From Leucoraja erinacea (Eukaryota), in the NCBI RefSeq assembly GCF_028641065.1, contig NC_073392.1, forward strand, positions 21,886,001 through 21,950,000: a stretch of 64,000 nt of DNA, read 5' to 3'. Below are positions 1-10,850 of the stretch, one piece after another. The notes under the pieces were generated by a model. It was not told the DNA's origin, did not search any database, and worked only from the letters and a program-made list of their open reading frames with translations. A program made the position numbers and the translations under genes. Numbering within the stretch: position 1 is the stretch's first letter; every line of letters begins with the position of its first letter.

Positions 1-320
1 CCATGGAGCACAGAAGCAGGATCTATGGCCCAACATGTGTTTGACAACCAAGATGCCTACCGAAGCAAGTCCCCTTTGCCTCTGTTTGGCATAAATCCAT
101 CTAAGCCTTTTCTACCTATGTATCTGTCTTTTAAACATTGTAATTGTCTCTACCTAAATAATTTCATCTCACAGCTCTTACCATATATCCTCCACTCATT
201 GTGTAAAAAACTTGCCCCTCAGATCCCCTTTAAATATTTTCCCTCTCACCTTAAACCTATGCCCTCTAATTTTAGACTATTATTCTGGGAAAACAACTGT
301 GACCATCCACCTTATTTGTG
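1..320 (-). mobile_element. CR1 (HER1-like) LINE 3' fragment
   Basis: Matches the other CR1 3' ends in the window (cctctcaccttaaacctatgccctcta; tail ...ggcccaac). Confidence 0.7.
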
Positions 321-324
321 CCTC

Positions 325-386
325 TCATCTATCTATTCTATATCTATATTTCTATTCTATCTATATCTTTTATCTTCTATCAATCT

Positions 387-443
<57 letters not shown>
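325..443. repeat. (TCTA)n microsatellite
   Basis: Perfect run about 387-443 with a degenerate left part. Confidence 0.95.
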
Positions 444-444
<1 letters not shown>

Positions 445-450
445 CTTTTA

Positions 451-791
451 TCTAAATCACTAAAAGTCTGATCTTGACCACTTCCTGTTCTGTCTATTGA
501 TTTTAGAAAAAACGCTGCCACTTACGGCTGTGATTTTTGGCCATCTTACTCAGAGTCCCCCTTAGCGTGAGTCAACTGCTAGCCCACCAGCCGTGAGTGA
601 GCTGCCTGCACAACAGGCTTGAGTGACTGAGCCGCCAGCCCAAGAATCCATTTGGCCCATAATGTCCATACTAGCTCTCTGGAAACCAGTCCCTTCAGCT
701 CACAACACCCATACTAGCGCTCCAGAAAGCCCCCCCCCCCCCCCCCCCCCCCTGTGTGATGCTGTAACCCAATGGGTTCCACTTAGTCTAG
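451..791 (+). mobile_element. Non-autonomous Helitron
   Basis: A|TC start; subterminal hairpin AACCC-aat-GGGTT (766-778); ends CTAG|T; no TSD; 3' end shared with 4792-5516. Confidence 0.65.
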
Positions 792-1364
792 TATTTTATA
801 TTTCTTGAGAAAATGATTTCAGCTCGTATTTGCTCCGATTTCTATTGAGGAATCTGAATGATGGTTAAATACATAATTAAAGATAATGATTTCTGCTTTG
901 TTGTAATTAATTTAATTAAAAAATATTTAATGTGATTGTGTAGATGAAGAGCTGTGAGCTGAAGAACAGGATCATATGCTGGAAGAAGGGATTAGGCTGG
1001 GTAGCTCTTTTTCCACCAGCACATACAACTTTTTAAACAAAGCAATCTTCATAATTGTGGTTATTTGCCTATGATTTTACGATTGTTTACTCAGATAATT
1101 TAATCATATTCAGGGATCCACTGAACTGCTTAGTGACACTGGCACGAGTAGGAAGGTATAGCAACTGACATTGTGGGGAGCAATAAATATTTTCATTTCA
1201 GCATTGAATATAAATTCTAGACCATGTTGTTTGTCAAAAGTGAAACTGCAGAGGTGGTTGTATGTAAAATATCCTTCAGCGTTTGTTATCCACAGGCTTG
1301 AGTTTGGAATGCTTGTGATTGGATTTTAACGTGCCTCCAGAAATTTCCGCAATGGATTGTTGCA

Positions 1365-2250
1365 GGGACAATCCCCCCCCCCCCCCCCTTCCCCCCGTTT
1401 TTTGTAATCCGGATTTTAAAACCCAGTTAAATCTCTGCTATACGTGAGACAGTGAGGGTGGGACTGATGATCGAGGGCGCAGATTGGACGTGAGAGATGT
1501 TGGTCAGCAGGCAATGGGTGCGGGATATGATGATTCAGCGCAATGATTGGAGGAGGGATGTATCGGTCAGAGACAGCAGTAGGCGGGTGGGACTGAAGAT
1601 GGAGCGTGGTGATTGGAGGAGGGAGACGTCCTGGTGGAGCAAAGATCATAGAATTGCATGCCCAGGTCAAAAGCGAAAAACACTCTTGGCAGCCCTGGAC
1701 ACAGACCTGCACCTCATCCGCAGCCAGGATCGATCCCGGGTCTCCATCGCTGCCATCTCTGCCTAACTGCCACTGGACCATCCCCATCCCAACCCGAGTG
1801 CCCCCACGCCCGGGGGTGGACAGGGGCATCGGGAGTCAGACGGGAGCAGTGCCCCCAGCCAGAGCGGAGAAGCAGCGCTAAATCCAGCTCAACTCTGCCT
1901 GTCCCACCAGGTTAACCTACAGCCCTGCCTGAACTTACGGGAAAGATGGCCTAGGCTTACGGCCAGCGCGGAGAAGCAGTGCAAGCTCCCCGGCTCCGGA
2001 CTGGTGTTTTCCGTCAGTCCAGGCAGGACTGTAGGTTAACCGGCGAAACAGGGCGAGTTGAGCTGGATTTAGCGCTGCTTCTCCACGCTGGCCGTAAGCC
2101 TGTGCCGTCGTTCCCGTTACTGTCCATAGGGCCCACAGCTGAAGCCTCCAAAGCTTTGAATGCTCGCAGGGCTGCCAAGAAATTGCTTCCCCCCCCCCCC
2201 CCCCCCCCGGTCCTGCCCATGTTTTGATAGCGATTTCCGTGCATGGATTG
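1365..2250. repeat. Unclassified GC-rich interspersed element with internal degenerate direct repeats and an ~80-bp inverted repeat
   Basis: Inverted arms 1866-1944 and 2008-2084; poly-C runs near both ends; degenerate ~60-bp repeats at 1458-1630. Confidence 0.5.
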
Positions 2251-2577
2251 CTGGCAAATTACACAAGAAGAAAGCAAGCAAAACTATTCCAACACAGCAG
2301 ACGGCATTAAATTAGCATAATTTCAATTAGAAATAAAGGAAATAAGCAAGAACATCACTGAATGAGAAACTGTGGTAATCCATGATTCTAAATTGAAATG
2401 TGTAACACAATTCAAGAGTAGGACTGAGATTAGGAACCCACTGATTTAGCAGGGAAGGGTGGGGAATTTGTATACCTGGAAGAAAATAAGTTTTCAGGAA
2501 TGTATTGGGCTACATGATTAAATCACTAACATGCCAAATAGTAACTATAAAGTTATGACATTCTGTTTCCTGCAGTC

Positions 2578-3008
2578 ACCTTAAAAATATCAATTGACTT
2601 GGCCTCCACAGCCGTCTGTGGCAATGAATTCCACAAATTCACCACCCTCTGACTAAAGCAATGCCTTCTCATTTTTTTCAAGGTATGACCTTTTATCCTG
2701 AGGCTATGGCCTCCTAGAGTCTTCCACTAGTGGAAACATCCTCTCCACATCCACTCTATCCAGGCCTTTCACTATTTGGTAAGTTTCAGTGAGGTCCACC
2801 CTCATCCTTCTAAACTCTAGTGAGTACAGGCCCAGTGCCTTCAAACGCTCATCATATGTTAACCAAATCATTATTGGGATCATTCTCATAAACCTCCTCT
2901 GGCCCCTTTCCAAGGCCAGCACATCCTTCCTCAGATGTGGGGCGATAAACTGCTCACAATATTCCAAATGTGGTCTGACCAGTGCCTTATGAAGCCTCAA
3001 CATTACAT
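2578..3008 (-). mobile_element. CR1 LINE ORF2 C-terminal fragment
   Basis: ORF 2704-3003 contains LVRPHLEYC...LGLYSLEFRRMR. Confidence 0.9.
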
Positions 3009-3622
3009 TCCTCTCAAAGCTCTTGCGTTCTTTTGTCTATGTTCTCACTCTCTAGATGCCCTCGTGTTCATCCCCATTTTACCCCATCAGATATATCCCC
3101 ATTCCTCCATCCGTCCTGCAGCTTAAATACTTTGTTTATTTGCCTCCCAGATCTGATCACAAATCTGTAATTTGAAATATTAATACTGCTTCTCATAGAT
3201 ACGGCCTGACCTTAAGAGTACATCCAAATTTGTTGCTTTTATTTTAGAAAAGTGGTTTGACTTTGTTCAAAAAGCACGATAAAAGCATGATATGCTTTAC
3301 ACGGGTTATAGTAGGGGTGGAAATTATTGTAGTTCCAAGAGAACATCTGTATCATGATTTTCTGTAATACAAAGTCATTGCGTATGCACATGCGTGAAGA
3401 AACACGAGTTGAAAAATAATTATTTACTTTCTTTTCACGTAAGTTCCATGAGTAAATTTTATTTTGTATCTCAAATTTCTGGGTAGTGATTTGTGAACTC
3501 TGTAAGAGGGAATTTCCATTACCCGAGTGGCCATAACTAGGGAATCGCCTGTTGTAACTGGATGCTAACTCTTGCTCCATTTCTATATTTTGTCAGATAG
3601 CCATCAAATGGCACTTCATTAC

Positions 3623-3704
3623 CCTCATTGCCTCTTGAATGTGGTCTTGTCTGATAACTTCTGCAGATCGATCCATGTACCATTTCAGACATCGGATCAG
3701 CTCC
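3623..3704 (-). CDS. DOCK3: DOCK3 exon (K)ELIRCLKWYMDRSAEVIRQDHIQEAMR
   Basis: 82 nt, ttttcag|G...AGG|gtaatg, phase 2 to 0; continues the frame of the previous exon. Confidence 0.95.
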
Positions 3705-3944
3705 CTGAAAAAAATACAGATTTATAAAGAACATAAGTGTATCTGTGTGATCAGACTATCACATACAGGAATAACACATACAAGGACCAATAAATCAGAA
3801 CACATGAACAACAGTAATCTGCAGTGAATTTCCATGGTTTTGATGGCTACTCTCTTCCATAGGCTGTTGTAAGTGTGCGGACAATATATTTGCAGACGTG
3901 CTTTATGAATGCATTTTGGAAACCAATATAAAATCACATTTAAA

Positions 3945-4794
3945 GGTAGACACAAAATGCTGCAGGATCTCAGCGGGAAACGCAGCATCTCTGGAGTGAA
4001 GGAATGGGTGACGTTTTGAGTCGAGACCTTTCTTCAGACTGATGTCAGGGGAGGGGGCGGGATAAAGATATAATGTAGTCGGAGACAGTAAGACTAGTGG
4101 GAGAACTGGGAATGGGGAGGGGATAGAGAGGGAAAGCAAAAGCTATCTGAAGTTAGAGAAGTCAATGTGTAAACTATCCAAGCAAAATATGAGGTGCTGC
4201 TCCTCCAATTTGTGCTGGGTCTCACTCTGACAATGGAGGAATGTCCAGGACAGAAAGGTCAGATTGGGAATGGGAGGGAGAGTTGAAGTGCTGAGCCACT
4301 GGGAGATCAATAGGTTAAGACGGACTGAGCGGAGGTGTGCAGCGAAACGATCGCCGACACCTGGAACAGCAGATACAGTAGATGAAGTTGGAGGAGGTGC
4401 AAGTGAACCTCTGCTTCACCTGGAAAGACTGTTTGGGTCCATGGATGGAGTCGAGAGGGGAGGTAAAGGGACAGGTATTGCATCTCCTGTGGTTGCAGGG
4501 GAAAGTACCTGGGGAGGGGGCAGTTTGGGTGGGAAGGGACGAGTTGACCAGGGAGTTTCGGAGGGAATGATCTCTGTGGAAAGCAGAAAGGGGTGGAGAT
4601 GGGAAGATGTAACCAGTAGTGGGATCCTGTTGGAGGTGGCAAAAATGTTCTTGCTCCCCCTCCCCACATTCGTAATAAGGACAGTCCCCCTTGTCCTCAC
4701 CTTCCACCCCATCAGCCATCGCATACAGCATATAATCCTCCAACATTTTCGCCACCTCCAACGGGATCCCACTACTGGCTACATCTTCCCATCT
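3945..4794 (-). mobile_element. Penelope-like element fragment (Cys-rich linker, start of GIY-YIG endonuclease, terminal repeat), with an inverted 5' piece
   Basis: ORF 4315-4905 contains PGTFPCNHRRCNTCP...FTCTSSNFIYCICCSRC; the terminal repeat carries a decayed CTGAAGA..AAAACGTC core at about 4006-4038. Confidence 0.8.
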
Positions 4795-5516
4795 AAAACT
4801 CTCATCTTGTTTGTTTCTATGTCTGTCTGTGAGGAGTGTGATCCTGAAATGACACCAAAACGGTACACTATAGCGCCAAACGTTTTGACCCAACTTACTC
4901 ACCATTGATCTGTGGTGTGGTGTATCAAGTTTTGTTCAGATAAATGGTATATTTTACAAGTTATTCACATTTAGACAAAAATCTCTTCCATCTGCATTGG
5001 CAGTTAGCTGCATATGACATCACAATGGGATCTCATTTACATAAACTGCCCATCAGCAGTGTTCCACCCCACAATGACATCACAATGTGATCTTATTTAC
5101 ATTAAAAAAAACTCCCTTTTAAAAAACCCAGCAGCTTCCACCGAATAATGACGTCAAGAGGGGGAGGGAGGGAGTGACTGAGAGTAGGGGAAATGTGAGG
5201 GAGGGAGATGTGGGGGAGGGGAGGAGGAGAGGGGAAAGAGGGAGGGTGTAGAGGGGAAAGAGGGAGGGTGAAGAGGAGGGGGAGGGAGTGCTGGGGATGA
5301 GGGGGTATGGAGGAGGATAGGGGTAGGAAGAGGGATGGTGAGGCGTACTTGAGGAGGGTTGCCGTGACTCGCATCACAACGGGAATCTCTGGTGTTACCA
5401 CGGGAACCCGTCAGCCACGCCTGCGTAGTTGGGGGCTATGGGTTAGTGGTGAAATATTGCTTTTGGGGACCAGCCCTCCCTTGTGACAGGGACCCAACGG
5501 GTCCCACATGGTCTAG
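4792..5516 (+). mobile_element. Non-autonomous Helitron
   Basis: A|TC start; perfect hairpin GGGACCC-aac-GGGTCCC (5489-5505); CTAG|T end at 5513-5517; internal 31-bp direct repeat and a G-rich tract. Confidence 0.7.
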
Positions 5517-5929
5517 TATACAATTAAAAATCTATACTGAAGGCAAGAGGATTTCATTTATATTCTATGGAAATGGTTCAGCGATACTACGCAGTTAACT
5601 AATATCTCTCTTTCTCCTGTGTGCCTGGATATAACCGCACATTGTCACATCTGCAAGATTCAATAATCTACAAGTTATAAATGCATTTTTGACTTTGTCA
5701 GTTGGGCTAGAATACTCCCTAAATGATTCAATCAGGGATGTGATATCATGGGATCAGGCTTTCCATAACCAGATCCAGAATAACAAAGCTGATGTAATGC
5801 CATTAATGATAATAAGTATTTACAACTGTCACTTCTGCCATCCAGTTAGTAATTTGAACAATCAACAAAGGTGCAATATTCATGAATCCTTAAAAGAGCC
5901 TGCAAGCATCCTTACAGTTGATTCCTTTC

Positions 5930-7353
5930 GGGGCTGTCCCACTGCGGCAACCAAATTGGCGAGTTTGGGAGAGTTTGAAAAAGTGTCATGTTGATGACCT
6001 CATTCGAATATGTAGAAGGCCTCCTTCGACTATGTTATAGACTAGCTTCGACTAACTTTGGGAAAATTGGACACCGAATAGTGGAGAGTGAAGACGACCT
6101 CTTTCGATCTCCCTTCGACTATGTTGAAGACTATCTTCGACTACATTCGATTACCTTTGACTATCCTTGATTACCTACGAATAACATGCCGACCTACTAA
6201 GGCCTACTTCGACTAAACCTACGAGTAAAAAAAATATCAATTTTTTTCCATGGCGACCTATTTTTACTTGCGGGCATTTTTCAACATGTTGAAAAATATG
6301 CCACAACCTAGCTGAGGCCTCAAGTACACGGGGACTACTCTCGAGCATGAAGAAGAGTTACAAAGACCTCCTAGGACCTCGTGTCAACCATGCTGCGAGT
6401 ATGAATCGAGGGCAAACTCTTCTAAACTTGCCGATAAACTCTTCTAAACTCGCCAATAAACTTGTCCGGAAGTGTCGGCACTGCCCTATCAGCTGCGGCT
6501 CGCCTGCCGTCCGTTTCTTTTTTTTGTTTTCTCGTCCCGTTGTCACAGTTTGTTTGTTTATTTTAGTTGTGTATGTGTGTGGGGGGGTGGTAGAAACATG
6601 TTTTAGTATCTTCCTTCGGGGGGGTTGCGACCTTTTCTTGTCGTATCCCCCATCTCCGTCTGCGCTGAGGCCTAATGGTGGAGCTGGTGGCCTCCAACTG
6701 GGACCGACCTCGAGGCTCCAGAGGCAGAGCCAGCCAGGACTGGCCGACTTCGGGGTTGTGGCGGCGTTGCGCCGGTGGTGACCCGACTTCGGGGCTGTGG
6801 CTGCGTTGTGGCGGCTGCGACCCGACTTCGGGGCTGTGGCGGTGGTGACCCGACTTTGCAGCCTCGTAAGCTCGGCAGCGGGCCCAGTGGACGACAACAT
6901 CGGGAGTTCACAGGTCACAGGTAGGTGACCTGTTCTCCGGAGCTCCTGCAACAACAGCTTTGTCCGCTGGTCTGGAGGGCGGCAGCTTCGTTCGCCCCGG
7001 GCCGCGCAGTTTGAAGCCGGCCCGTTCGCGGCGCTCGGATTCAGCTGCGGGACTTACTTACCATCACCCGGCAGGGTCACAACATCGGAAGCTTGGATCG
7101 CCTCAACGCAGAGGGAGAACAAGGAGGGAAGAGACAAGGACTTTAAGACTTTTGCCTTCTATCACAGTGAGGAGGGCCTGGTGGACTCACTATGGTGGAT
7201 GTTAAATCTGTGTTTATAGTGTGTGTTTGGTTCTTTTTTTTCTATGTTATGACTGCAAGGCACGAAATTTCGTTCAGACTGAAAAGTCTGAATGACAATA
7301 AAGAATACTTGACTACTTGACTTGGAATTAGGTCGCTGCAGTGAGACAGCCCC
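5930..7353. mobile_element. PIF/Harbinger-type MITE interrupted by a retroelement (6461-7324)
   Basis: ~28-bp TIRs ggggctgtcccactgcggcaaccaaatt / aattaggtcgctgcagtgagacagcccc; same TIR class as 55846-56577. Confidence 0.75.
6461..7324 (+). mobile_element. Non-autonomous retroelement with Rex1/Babar-like 3' tail
   Basis: Shares blocks with 9375-10001, 36857-37620 and 62915-63756; ends hairpin + caataaa + (cttga)n; internal ~39-bp tandem repeats at 6744-6860. Confidence 0.7.
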
Positions 7354-8082
7354 TTTTTAAGCTGCCTCCTTTTGTGCCTTTTACATCTCATAATTCTATT
7401 GCAACAATACCCAGCAATTAATCATATGAACCAATCCTTGAAAGAATAGCAGGACAGAAGAAACAATGTTACATATGATAGAGATTGCAATAATTATTTT
7501 TCAGAAAATTAAACATTGGTTTGCATCTTGTTGGATTTAACCAATCCACATGGATGTTACCACATTACACAGATGGACTCCATGGCTAAACCAATGGTGA
7601 TGCCAGTCTTGCTGGGTTCTATTACTCCACCAGGAAATTGTCACAGATCCTTTGTCAAATCAGACCTAGTAAAATATCTGAATCTTACTGATTTGCTTGT
7701 GGGGCAAAGATTTAGGCAACAGAGAAAGGTAAGTTATTTTTTATATTATTTAGCTGTAATGTATTTATTTAATAATTTTGGCTTTTAATTATTTCTGCAT
7801 CTGTACATGTTTTTATTTCTTTATTAATTCACCACTCATCCGCAGAGAAAGAAGATTTAGTAAGTTTGGCCATCCACATCCACCACAAGTATGAGCATAT
7901 GGGACATGGAGGGTGATTTTCGGCACTGGTTCAAATCCAGTGCATTCTGACCCACCGTACTGAAATCATTGACTTCAATGATTATTTTACTGGAGATGAG
8001 CTTTACAGAAAGTTGTTGCAGAAATCCAATTTTGGAGACATGACCTGATGTTATTAGTGAATCATCAGGTAATTACACTCAC

Positions 8083-8183
8083 TTGTATGCCAGCGCACCA
8101 GAGAAATGCTTCTTAATGTAGGTATCCATCACTGGCCGGAAGTGAAAATACTTGCTGTCCCGCAGCAAATTTATTACGAACAC
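8083..8183 (-). CDS. DOCK3: DOCK3 exon VFVINLLRDSKYFHFRPVMDTYIKKHFSGALAY(K)
   Basis: 101 nt, cag|GTG...AA|gtgagt, phase 0 to 2. Confidence 0.96.
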
Positions 8184-9374
8184 CTGGGGAAAAAAGGGAG
8201 AAAGAAAGAAAGAGAGGAAGGGTTGTAAGTGCTTGATTAAATATATAGATAGATAGATTGAAGAAGCCAAAATAGAGGTATTTAATTAAGGCATTGTGGA
8301 GTTTAGGGCCTTGACAATTGAAGATATGGATGCCATTGTGGGACTGATAGATTTTGGGTGTTCATGGAGCATTAAGAATTTATTATGCAAAGTTGTGTGG
8401 CTAGAGATAGGGAGGAATGAGACTATTGGGGGACAAAGACAAAAATGAGGTGTGAGGCTGCAGCATATTTGTTCAGTTATGGAACAATCAGAAATAAACT
8501 ACCATGAGTGCTGAATATCAAAAAAAAAGCTAAAAATACTTAGAGATCTGTAAGTGAAAAGAATTATTGTTTCAGTTCAATAACCTCATCCAAACCAGAG
8601 AAACAGAAGTATAAGAGGTTTTAAGGAAGGGTGAAAACAGAGAAAGATCGTAAGATGGGAAAAAATCATGGGTTGATGGTGGAAGAAATGGACAAAATGA
8701 AAAGTCAATAAAAGTGGCAGGTGAGAACAAGAAATTGATATAAGGAACATTGATACCGGGAACCAGAAATGGCAAAGGAACGTAAAGAAACAATAGAAGA
8801 CTAGAGGGGATGAAAATGGCAAAAGCTGAATCACTGACAACTACTGTTGTCTAAAAATATTTGGAATAGTAGTTTTGATTTTAAATTGCTGGACCAGGGA
8901 TACTGGAATTGTAGTTTTTTATGAGTGTGGGCACCTTCATATAGTGGGTATAACATTACCATGACCTGATTGCAAGTGTTGTGACCAATGCCCCATCTCC
9001 ACTGTGCAGGGAATAACTTTACCAGGCATAAATTCTTGTTTCCAATACTGTATTTGGAGATCATCAATGCAGACCCGATTCCAACCATTTCCAAAATCAC
9101 TAGTCACAATTTCCATAAAGATACTCATCTTTGGGATGCTTTACATCTCTTCATAAAGTCCAAGTATTAATGCTGGCTCTGGAACTGCCTTTTGTCATAT
9201 TGTGCACAACAAAATAACAGCTCGACACATGCTTATCAGTGTGAGGTCACAATAAAAATAATTGTGACCTCTTTGCGTTTACCTTTTGGTGTGCAGATCT
9301 CAGGACGATGGAGCTTGATTACTTTCTCCAACTAAATGACAAGAGTCTCAACTGTCTCTCCTGTTATTGGGGAG

Positions 9375-10001
9375 GATGGGTGGCCAACAGTCAGTCTGTC
9401 CCTTCCTTTGTTGTGTTTTAATAGTATGTGCTAAATGTATGTTTTTAGTGTTCTTTAGCTTGTTTTATGTGGAGGGGTGGTGGGGGGTTGGGGGAAACTT
9501 TTTCTAATCTCTTACCTCGACGGAGATACAATTTTTTTTCTGTATCGTATCTCCATCGGCACTGCAGTCTAATATCAAGGAGCTGGCGGCGTTTGTTGGA
9601 GACCAATATTTGAGAGCTCCACAGCAGGGAGCCTATGGGATAACATCACGGAGCCTGCAATCCCTTTGCCAGGGATCGACCTCAGAGCTCCAACCTCGGT
9701 CTCTCTGCTCCGGGGAATCCAAGCTGCAGGAGCTTCAACCGCCGGCTGCGGGAGCTTCGATCGCCCTGACGGATGGTTCGGCTACCCTGACAACTGGTGG
9801 ATAAAGAGGAAGAAGATTGGGCTTTTTTGCCTTCCATCACAGTGAGGAATGTGGGTAATCTGGTGTAGTGGATATTTATGTTAACTTTTTTGTTGTTGTG
9901 TGTCTTGTTTTTTTCCCCTCGTGTGGCTGTATGGTAATTTGCATATAGCTGTACCTTCATTGGTACATGTGACAATAAAAGACCTTTGAAACCTTTGAAC
10001 A
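9375..10001 (+). mobile_element. Same non-autonomous retroelement family
   Basis: Contains tcgtatctcc..ggagctggcggc and gccttccatcacagtgagga; tail tgtacc..ggtaca-tgtgacaataaa + (ccttgaa)n. Confidence 0.7.
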
Positions 10002-10850
10002 ATTACTCTGTTGCTTCACAGTGTGCTGCTATAGTTAAAGAATGTAAACATCTTGTGGACAGTCCCTTGCCATAATAAGTAACGGTTTTAGTCTCTACTA
10101 TCTTTGTTGTAATGTTGCCCTTTATCTGGTCATTGAACCTATTATATAATAGGTTGTAATTCATAAAATGTCATTAAGCCTCAGGCCTCAACAACTCCTT
10201 TGTGCCAATTCCCCTCTGCCCTCAATTTCCAAATCATTCAAAAAATATATCTATTTCTTCTCCACAACCCTCTGGAGTGGATAATTTGAGAGGTTCACAA
10301 CCCTCTGTGACAAAAATGTTTGTACACACCTCTGTTGTAAATATCCAACCCCTAATTTCACACCAATTTTCTTCTCTTTCGAGAAAGGCCCCTATCTGAA
10401 ATGTCACCTATTCTTGTTCTCCACAGATGCCTGACCGGCTGTTACTCCAGCACTTTGTGTATTTTTTTGTAAACCAGCATCTGTAGTTTCTTGTCAGAAC
10501 CCCTCAGGATCTTGTACAAGATCATTCTTCATTCTTCTAAACTCCAAAGCTGCATTGTTACATGCTGAATGATAAAGAGACCTCAAACTGTACTGAATGC
10601 AATTGGCATGCCATAAAATCAGCAAACAGTGCTGATGGGAACTGAGAGTTATCAGACGCCAATGCTTCTGAGATGCCAAACATTAATGCAGATTAATCCA
10701 TTAATCCATGATTTCTCGATAGTTTGATGTATTGAGGTGGAGGTCAGTGCTTCAAACTATTTCAAATGGCTATCTGATAAAGTGATGAAATAATCTATAG
10801 CTAGCGGGCAAAACCCTATATATACACTCTGGAATGCCCATTCCCACCAA

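Noticed and set aside
25-471. 148-aa ORF and similar low-complexity ORFs (e.g. 24054-24605, 5102-5401, 34063-34539)
   Set aside because: They arise from microsatellite, purine-rich or MITE sequence and show no protein-like features or splice context.
6347-6954. Long overlapping ORFs (144 and 198 aa) in a GC-rich repeat
   Set aside because: Open because of GC-rich tandem repeats inside a non-coding retroelement; they cross a MITE/insert junction and have no domain motifs.
7505-7728. Plus-strand exon-like segment (ttttcag ... AAG|gtaagt) overlapping ORF 7516-7788
   Set aside because: All three frames from the acceptor contain stops, there is no recognisable protein and no partner exons; probably chance, though an antisense lncRNA exon cannot be excluded.
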